From an uncultured Chloroflexia bacterium (GTDB lineage: Bacteria; Chloroflexota; Limnocylindria; Limnocylindrales; CSP1-4), in assembly GCA_963748625.1 (NCBI GenBank), contig CAVVJT010000007.1:1152001-1216000 (forward strand): 64,000 nt of DNA, read 5' to 3'. Made by a program: the position numbers and the translations under genes. Shown here in pieces: positions 58,377 to 64,000 of this stretch (its first letter is position 1; the number at the start of each line of letters is the position of its first letter). The notes beneath the pieces are model-generated. The model was not told where the DNA came from. It saw only the letters and a program-made list of their open reading frames with translations, and made no database searches.

Positions 58377-59366
58377 CTAGAGCCGAACAGCCGGCGGCCG
58401 GTCCCGGTCGAACATGTGGACCGTGTCCACGAACCGGACCTGCTTCGCCTGGTAGGCCATGACCAGCGAGTGGGTTCGCGCGCCGCCGCCGAAGAAGCGC
58501 ACCGGCTGGAGCAGGTCGCCACCGGTCACCCCGGTGGCCGCGAACACCAAGTTGTCCCCCGACGCGAGGTCCTCCGTCCGGTAGACCTTGGTCTCATCGG
58601 CGTGGCCCAGCATCTTCGACGACCGCGCGCGCTCCCGCTCCTCCTCGCTGCGGAACCGGAACCGGGCCTGGATCTCTCCGCCGAGGCAGCGCAGCGCCGC
58701 CGCCGTGATGACGCCTTCTGGCGCGCCGCCGATCCCCATCACCGCGTGGACGCCGGTGCCCTGGACCGCGCACGAGATCGCTGCCGACACGTCGCCGTCG
58801 GAGATGAGCTTGATCCGGGCGCCTGTTCCGCGGACCTCGGCGATGAGATCTGCATGGCGCGGCCGGTCAAGGATGACCACCGTGATGTCGGAGACCTTGC
58901 GGCGCAGCGCCTCCGCGATCCGCTGGCAGTTCTCGGCCGGTGGCAGGGTGATGTCCACGCACCCGGCAGCCACCGGTCCGACCGCCAGCTTCTCGAGGTA
59001 GGTGTCGGGCGCATGCGTGAGCCCGCCCCGCTCGGACGCCGCCAGCACGGTGAGCGCGCCGGCCTGGCCCGTGGCGACCAGGTTCGTCCCCTCGAGCGGA
59101 TCCACGGCGATGTCCACCGCTTGGGCGACCTCGTGGCGCTCGAGCCGGCCGACCTCCTCGCCGATGTAGAGCATCGGCGCCTCGTCCCGCTCCCCCTCAC
59201 CGATGACGATGGTGCCGGCGATATCCGCCTCGTCCATCGTGCGGCGCATCGCCTCGGTCGCGGCCTGGTCGGCCTCGTCGCGCATGCCGCGGCCCATGAA
59301 GCGGGCGGATGCGATCGCGGCCGCCTCGGTCACGCGGACCATCTCGAGGGCGAGGAACTGTTCCAT
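58377..59366 (-). CDS. glpX: Class II fructose-1,6-bisphosphatase
   Basis: [51 protein letters not shown]. Confidence 0.96.
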   Translation of the reverse strand: MEQFLALEMVRVTEAAAIASARFMGRGMRDEADQAATEAMRRTMDEADIAGTIVIGEGERDEAPMLYIGEEVGRLERHEVAQAVDIAVDPLEGTNLVATGQAGALTVLAASERGGLTHAPDTYLEKLAVGPVAAGCVDITLPPAENCQRIAEALRRKVSDITVVILDRPRHADLIAEVRGTGARIKLISDGDVSAAISCAVQGTGVHAVMGIGGAPEGVITAAALRCLGGEIQARFRFRSEEERERARSSKMLGHADETKVYRTEDLASGDNLVFAATGVTGGDLLQPVRFFGGGARTHSLVMAYQAKQVRFVDTVHMFDRDRPPAVRL

Positions 59367-59428
59367 CGGTGCCTCCGTCGGTGGTCCGGGCTCCGCGCCC
59401 GGCAGGATCGTGGAGCGGCCCCGGGAGC

Positions 59429-59476
59429 TCAGCCCCGCAAGAGCCGGGGATCAGCCCCGCAAGAGCCGGGGATCAG
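59429..59476. repeat. 22-bp direct duplication of a small hairpin
   Basis: TCAGCCCCGCAAGAGCCGGGGA x2 next to the purH stop. Confidence 0.85.
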
Positions 59477-61020
59477 TGCCGGAAGTGCCGCCGGCCGGTG
59501 AAGACCATGGCGAGGTGGTGCCGGTCGGCGACCTCGATCGCCATCTCGTCGCGGATGGAGCCGCCGGGCTGGATGATCGCGGTGACCCCGGCGTTGGCGG
59601 CCACCTGGATGCCGTCAGGGAATGGGAAGTAGGCGTCGGACGCCATCACCGACAGCTTCGCGCGGTCGCCCGCCCGCCGGAGGGCGATGTCCACGGACAC
59701 GTTCCGCGACGCCTGCGCCGCCCCGATGCCCACGGTCGCCGCATTCCGGGCCAGCACGATGGCGTTCGACCGCACGTGGCGCACGGCGCGCCAGGCGAAC
59801 AGGAGGTCCGTGAGCTCGCCCAGCGTGGGGTGGCGACGGGTCACCACCTGGAGCTGGCCGCGGTCGAGATCGACGGCATCGAGGCCCTCGACCAGGAGCC
59901 CGCCGCCAACGCGCTTGAAGTCCAGGTTCGCGATGCCGTAGTCGCGCATGCCGGAGGTGGGGTCGGCCGGCACCGACAGCAGCTCCAGGCCGGGCTTGGC
60001 ACGCAGGATGCCCAGCGCCGACTGGCTGAAGCCCGGGGCGATGACGGCCTCGAAGGAGTTGGCCGCGATCTCGCGGGCGGTGGCGCCGTCGACCTCCCGG
60101 TTCACGCCGATGATCCCGCCGAACGATGACACGGGGTCCGTCTCCAGCGCGCGCCGGTAGGCCTCGACCAGCTCTTCCGCGGAGGCGATGCCCACAGGAT
60201 CGGTGTGCTTGGTGACCACGACCGTGGGCGCCATGTAGTCGCGCGCGATCTGGAAGGCGGCATCGAGGTCCAGCAGGTTGTTGAAGGTGGGCGCCTCACC
60301 GTGCAGCTGCTCCGCGTCGGCCAGGCCGCCCGTGCGATGGGTGGTCTCGCGGTAGAAGGCGGCGCGCTGGTGAGGGTTCTCGCCGTACGGCAGGTCCGCC
60401 ACCTTCTCGAGGACGATGGCCATGCGCTGCGGATAGATGTTGTTCGAGATCTGGTTGAGGTAGGCCGCGATCTCCGCGTGGTAGGCGGCGACCGTGCTGA
60501 AGGCGTCCGCAGCGAGGCGGTAGCGGGTGTCGGCGCTGACCTGGCCGAGGGTCTTGAGCTCCTCGAGCACCGGGCCGTAGCGGGTGGGCGAGGCGATCGC
60601 GACCACGCCGGCGGCATTGCGGGCGGCGGAGCCCAGGAGCGCGGCTCCGGCGACATCGATGAGCTCGATGGCCTCGTCGATGCCGATGTGGCGCCTGCCG
60701 ACCTCCGGCGCGAACGGCTTCACATTGACCACGACCAGGTCGATCAGGCCGATGCCGTGCTCAGCGAGCTGCTCGAGCTGCTCGGGCCGGTCGCGGCGGG
60801 CGAGGATGCCCGCGTAGATGGCGGGGTGGAAGGTGCGGACCTGGCCTCCGACCAGCGGCGGGACCTCGGTCAGATCCGAGACGGAGGCCACGTCGATCCC
60901 GTCGGCAGCAAGATGCTCGCGGGTGCCGTCGGTCGCATACAGCTCGACGCCCAGCGCCAGCAGCTCACGGGCGAAAGCGGAAATCCCATCGCGGTTGGCG
61001 ACCGACAGCAGCGCACGCAC
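59473..61020 (-). CDS. purH: PurH (AICAR transformylase / IMP cyclohydrolase), divergent
   Basis: [53 protein letters not shown]; GAGGAGG RBS. Confidence 0.92.
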   Translation of the reverse strand: MRALLSVANRDGISAFARELLALGVELYATDGTREHLAADGIDVASVSDLTEVPPLVGGQVRTFHPAIYAGILARRDRPEQLEQLAEHGIGLIDLVVVNVKPFAPEVGRRHIGIDEAIELIDVAGAALLGSAARNAAGVVAIASPTRYGPVLEELKTLGQVSADTRYRLAADAFSTVAAYHAEIAAYLNQISNNIYPQRMAIVLEKVADLPYGENPHQRAAFYRETTHRTGGLADAEQLHGEAPTFNNLLDLDAAFQIARDYMAPTVVVTKHTDPVGIASAEELVEAYRRALETDPVSSFGGIIGVNREVDGATAREIAANSFEAVIAPGFSQSALGILRAKPGLELLSVPADPTSGMRDYGIANLDFKRVGGGLLVEGLDAVDLDRGQLQVVTRRHPTLGELTDLLFAWRAVRHVRSNAIVLARNAATVGIGAAQASRNVSVDIALRRAGDRAKLSVMASDAYFPFPDGIQVAANAGVTAIIQPGGSIRDEMAIEVADRHHLAMVFTGRRHFRH

Positions 61021-61129
61021 CTGCGCAGGTCCTCCTCGGGCGGCTCGCTCAGGCTCGCACCGTGCGTCGGCCGGGGGTTCGAGAGCGGGTCCCTGGGGCC
61101 GTCGCGCGGGCGGGCGCGTTGTGGCGGCG

Positions 61130-61155
61130 AGTATACCCCGCCCTCGTGGCATACT
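61130..61155. promoter_or_regulatory. Back-to-back -10 elements for purH and the divergent gene
   Basis: TATACT on minus (61130-61135); TGgCATACT on plus (61147-61155). Confidence 0.55.
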
Positions 61156-61209
61156 CGGCTCGCCCATCAGCGAGGCCGGGACCTCCGGCGGTTGTGGAGA
61201 ACCACGCGC

Positions 61210-61641
61210 GTGAACCTGCTCCCCTGGGAGTATCTCTTCCAGTCCTTCGACGGCTTGAACTTCCCGGACCTGTACATGCCCATCCTCGTGGCGAGCATCG
61301 CGATGCTCATCGTGACGGTGGTGGTGTACAACGTCCGCACCCGCCAGCTCCACCGGCACGTCATCTACGTGCAGATGTACGAGTGGCTGCTGTGGACCGG
61401 TGTGATCACGTACAGCCTCTTGATCACCGCCTGGATCTTCCGATTCGATTTCATCCTCGTGCTGGCGACGCTGATCGTGGGCCTGGGGACGATGGTCTGG
61501 ATCCGGTTCTTCCGGTTCCCGCCCTACTTCGCCGCATACGAGCGGCAGCTGGCCAAGGCGCGCTACTACTCGCGCGACAAGTTCAGCCACCCGGAGAGCA
61601 CGATCCGCGCCAAGTCATCGCGCCGGCGCCGCCGCCGCTAG
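61210..61641 (+). CDS. Hypothetical membrane protein (3-4 TM, poly-Arg C-terminus)
   Basis: GGAG RBS, GTG start, strong GC3 bias, hydrophobic segments, tail SSRRRRRR. Confidence 0.75.
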   Translation: MNLLPWEYLFQSFDGLNFPDLYMPILVASIAMLIVTVVVYNVRTRQLHRHVIYVQMYEWLLWTGVITYSLLITAWIFRFDFILVLATLIVGLGTMVWIRFFRFPPYFAAYERQLAKARYYSRDKFSHPESTIRAKSSRRRRRR

Positions 61642-61658
61642 AGGCCGGAGCGTCCCCG

Positions 61659-62138
61659 ATGCCGATCGAGATCCGGCGGTTCGGGGTCGGGCACCGGCGT
61701 CCTGACGGTCCGCCGGGAACGGTGGGGATCGAGGGGCAGGTCATCGAGAGCGGCCCGTACGGCGTCGTCGCCGAGCTCGCCTTCGGCCGCAACGCGCGCA
61801 TCACGCCCCACACGAACCCGAACCACGCGTGGTTCGTGGTGATCGAGGGTGGCGGCTGGGTAGGCGTCGGCGATGAGCGGGCGCGGATCCAGGCCGGGGA
61901 CGCCGTGCTGTGGCCGCCTGACGTGCTCCATGCCGCGTGGACCGAGGGGACACAGATGCGGGCGATCGTCGTGGAGCTTCCCGGGCCGACGCTGGCGTTG
62001 CCGCCGGTGGTCGAAGGGGCAGCGGTGGCCGTGGTGGTGCCACCTTCTCGCGCTGGTCGCGGTGAAGGGGCGCTGCGGCCGCGGCCGGCCGATCCGACGG
62101 CGCACCGGTCCGGTGGCGAGGACGGCGAACCCCTCTAG
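61659..62138 (+). CDS. Cupin-domain protein
   Basis: ITPHTNP..FVVIEGGGWV, AGDAVLWPPDVLHAAW. Confidence 0.82.
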   Translation: MPIEIRRFGVGHRRPDGPPGTVGIEGQVIESGPYGVVAELAFGRNARITPHTNPNHAWFVVIEGGGWVGVGDERARIQAGDAVLWPPDVLHAAWTEGTQMRAIVVELPGPTLALPPVVEGAAVAVVVPPSRAGRGEGALRPRPADPTAHRSGGEDGEPL

Positions 62139-62153
62139 GCCCGCTCCGATCTG

Positions 62154-63275
62154 TCAGCCGGCGCCCAGGATCGCCCGCACTTCGTGCGCGATCTCGAGGT
62201 CCTCGCGGGCCCGGATGACCAGCGACCGGACCGGGGCATCCTCCCGCCCGATGGCGGCATCCGGGACAGCGGCGGCGTTCGCTGCCATGTCCAGCCCGAC
62301 GCCCAGGTAGCCCAACTCGCGCGCTGCAAGCTCCCGGATCGCGGCCGAGTTCTCCCCGACCCCGCCCGTGAACAGGAGCACGTCGAGTCCGCCCATCGCG
62401 GCCGTCATCGAGGCGATCGAGCCACGCAGCCGATGGACGTAGACGTCGCGCGCCAGGACGGCCGTGGTGTCGCCGGCATCGGCGGCGTCGAGCACGCTGC
62501 GCATGTCGGCCACGCCGGCCAGTCCCAGCAGGCCCGAGCGGTGTTCCAACGTGGACGCGAGCTCCGCCGGTGGCATCCGCACGTGCTCCAGCAGCCAGAT
62601 GACGAGGCCGGGGTCCACCGTCCCCGACCGGGTCGCCATGACGAGCCCCTCGAGGGGCGTGAAGCCCATGGTGGTGTCCACGGAGCGGCCGCCCGCCACC
62701 GCCGCGAGCGACGCGCCGGCGCCGAGGTGGCAGCTGACGATCCGCAGGTCCTCCACCGGCCGCCCGACCATCTCCGCCGCCCGGCGCGAGGCATAGGCAT
62801 GCGAGAGTCCGTGGAAGCCGTAGCGGCGGAGGTCCCACCGCGTGCGCCACTCGGCCGGCAGCGCGTACGTGGTTGCGGCGGCCGGCATCGACGCATGGAA
62901 GGCGGTGTCGAAGCAGGCGACCGCAGGCACGCCCGGGAGCGCCTCGCTCACGGCCGCGAGCGCCGCGAGGGACTTCGGCTGGTGGAGCGGCGCAAGGTCG
63001 ATCAGCGCCCGCAACCGGTCCTCGACCCGGCCGTCCACGATCACCGGTCCCGAGTAGGTCGTCCCGCCGTGGACGATCCGGTGCCCGACGGCGGCGATGC
63101 TGCCGAACCCGCGCAGCGCATCGGTCAGCGCCGCGGTATCGAGCCGGCCCGCCGGGGCTGCCAGGTCCACGCTCGCGACAACGCCGTCCTGGTCGTCGAG
63201 GACACGCAGCTTGAGGCTGCTCGACCCCGCGTTGACGACGAGGATCGGCCCCAGCGAGGAGGTCAGCCCGGCCAT
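62154..63275 (-). CDS. ackA: Acetate kinase
   Basis: [64 protein letters not shown]. Confidence 0.97.
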   Translation of the reverse strand: MAGLTSSLGPILVVNAGSSSLKLRVLDDQDGVVASVDLAAPAGRLDTAALTDALRGFGSIAAVGHRIVHGGTTYSGPVIVDGRVEDRLRALIDLAPLHQPKSLAALAAVSEALPGVPAVACFDTAFHASMPAAATTYALPAEWRTRWDLRRYGFHGLSHAYASRRAAEMVGRPVEDLRIVSCHLGAGASLAAVAGGRSVDTTMGFTPLEGLVMATRSGTVDPGLVIWLLEHVRMPPAELASTLEHRSGLLGLAGVADMRSVLDAADAGDTTAVLARDVYVHRLRGSIASMTAAMGGLDVLLFTGGVGENSAAIRELAARELGYLGVGLDMAANAAAVPDAAIGREDAPVRSLVIRAREDLEIAHEVRAILGAG

Positions 63276-64000
63276 CGCCAGTCCGCGATCTCGGGCGAGT
63301 CCTCGCCCTCGAGCCGCGTGTACGCGCGCGCCTCGATCCGCTTGTCCACCATCAGCTGGCGGACATGGCCGGCCCGGGGTCCGAGACCCGGGACGCGGTC
63401 GATCACATCGATCACGAGGTGGTACCGGTCGAGGTCGTTGAGCATGACCATGTCGAACGGGGTGGAGGTGGTGCCCTCCTCCTTGTAGCCGCGCACATGG
63501 ATGTTGGGGTGGTTCGTCCGCCGGTAGGTGAGCCGGTGGATGAGCCACGGATAGCCGTGATAGGCGAAGACGACGGGCTTGTCGGTGGTGAACAGCGAGT
63601 CGAACTCGGCGTCCGAGAGCCCGTGCGGATGCTCGGATGCCGGCTGGAGGCGCATCAGGTCCACGACGTTGATGAAGCGGACCTTGACGTCGGGCAGGTG
63701 TCGCCGCAGGAGGTCCACGGCCGCGAGTGCCTCGAGCGTGGGGATGTCACCAGCGGACGCGATCACGACATCGGGCTCGCCGCCCTGGTCGCTGCTCGCC
63801 CAGTCCCAGATGCCGATTCCCCGCGTGCAGTGGAGGATCGCCTGGTCCATCGAGAGCCAGTTGGGCGCGGGCTGCTTGCCGGCCACGATGACGTTCACGT
63901 AGTTCCGGCTGCGGAGGCAGTGATCGGCCACCGAGAGGAGCGTGTTCGCGTCGGGCGGCAGGTAGACGCGGATCACGTCGGACTTCTTGTTGACGACATG
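63263..64000 (-). CDS. xfp: Phosphoketolase (Xfp/XpkA), C-terminal part; runs off the window
   Basis: [51 protein letters not shown]. Confidence 0.96.
   Translation of the reverse strand, partial: HVVNKKSDVIRVYLPPDANTLLSVADHCLRSRNYVNVIVAGKQPAPNWLSMDQAILHCTRGIGIWDWASSDQGGEPDVVIASAGDIPTLEALAAVDLLRRHLPDVKVRFINVVDLMRLQPASEHPHGLSDAEFDSLFTTDKPVVFAYHGYPWLIHRLTYRRTNHPNIHVRGYKEEGTTSTPFDMVMLNDLDRYHLVIDVIDRVPGLGPRAGHVRQLMVDKRIEARAYTRLEGEDSPEIADWRWPG

Noticed and set aside
61021-61125. ZMP/ZTP or PRPP riboswitch in the purH leader
   Set aside because: Only fragments resemble the consensus (CGCGACGGC, GCCGAC..GCCTGAGC) and I could not build the required stems; an Rfam scan would settle it.
61130-61156. 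GAGTAT...ATACTC inverted repeat as a second CsoR operator
   Set aside because: It lacks symmetric C/G tracts and is explained by two back-to-back -10 elements.
1-64000. Mobile elements, prophage, tRNA or rRNA genes
   Set aside because: No transposase, integrase or phage motifs, no cloverleaf or rRNA-like sequence recognised, and composition looks uniform by eye.

Overview
High-GC bacterial chromosome segment spanning the replication origin (jag-yidC-yidD-rnpA-rpmH / dnaA-oriC-dnaN-recF-dciA, no gyrB). The DnaA N-terminus and gene content suggest Chloroflexota, possibly Limnocylindria-like; this is inference, not tested. No rRNA, tRNA, CRISPR, IS or prophage was seen, but there is one probable 6S RNA. 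About ten single-base frameshifts fall in otherwise intact genes and look like long-read errors. Two systems stand out. (1) A complex I operon (nuoABCDH...JKLMN) in which nuoI is split between its two ferredoxin motifs. An inserted three-gene input module lies between the halves: NuoI(N)-NuoE(truncated), a degenerate NuoF, and a NuoG(N)/GltD-like NADPH oxidoreductase that ends in the missing NuoI C-half. This suggests an NADPH-linked complex I with 4Fe-4S clusters shared between two subunits, and a MidA/NDUFAF7 methyltransferase lies just upstream. (2) An ArsR-led, mycobacterial-style phosphatidylinositol-mannoside operon (PIP synthase, ino1, two PatA-like acyltransferases, a PHP phosphatase, pimA) facing a ~1800-aa double GT-C fusion gene, another GT-C and a GT2. 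It offers candidates for the unassigned PIP phosphatase and second acyltransferase steps. Other oddities: non-canonical phased DnaA boxes, a CsoR-type palindrome at the dnaA promoter, a likely CTG start for recF, a Cys-to-Ser sortase, a GMS-type CorA, a PP2C pseudophosphatase receptor, and a PurH with an eroded cyclohydrolase site.
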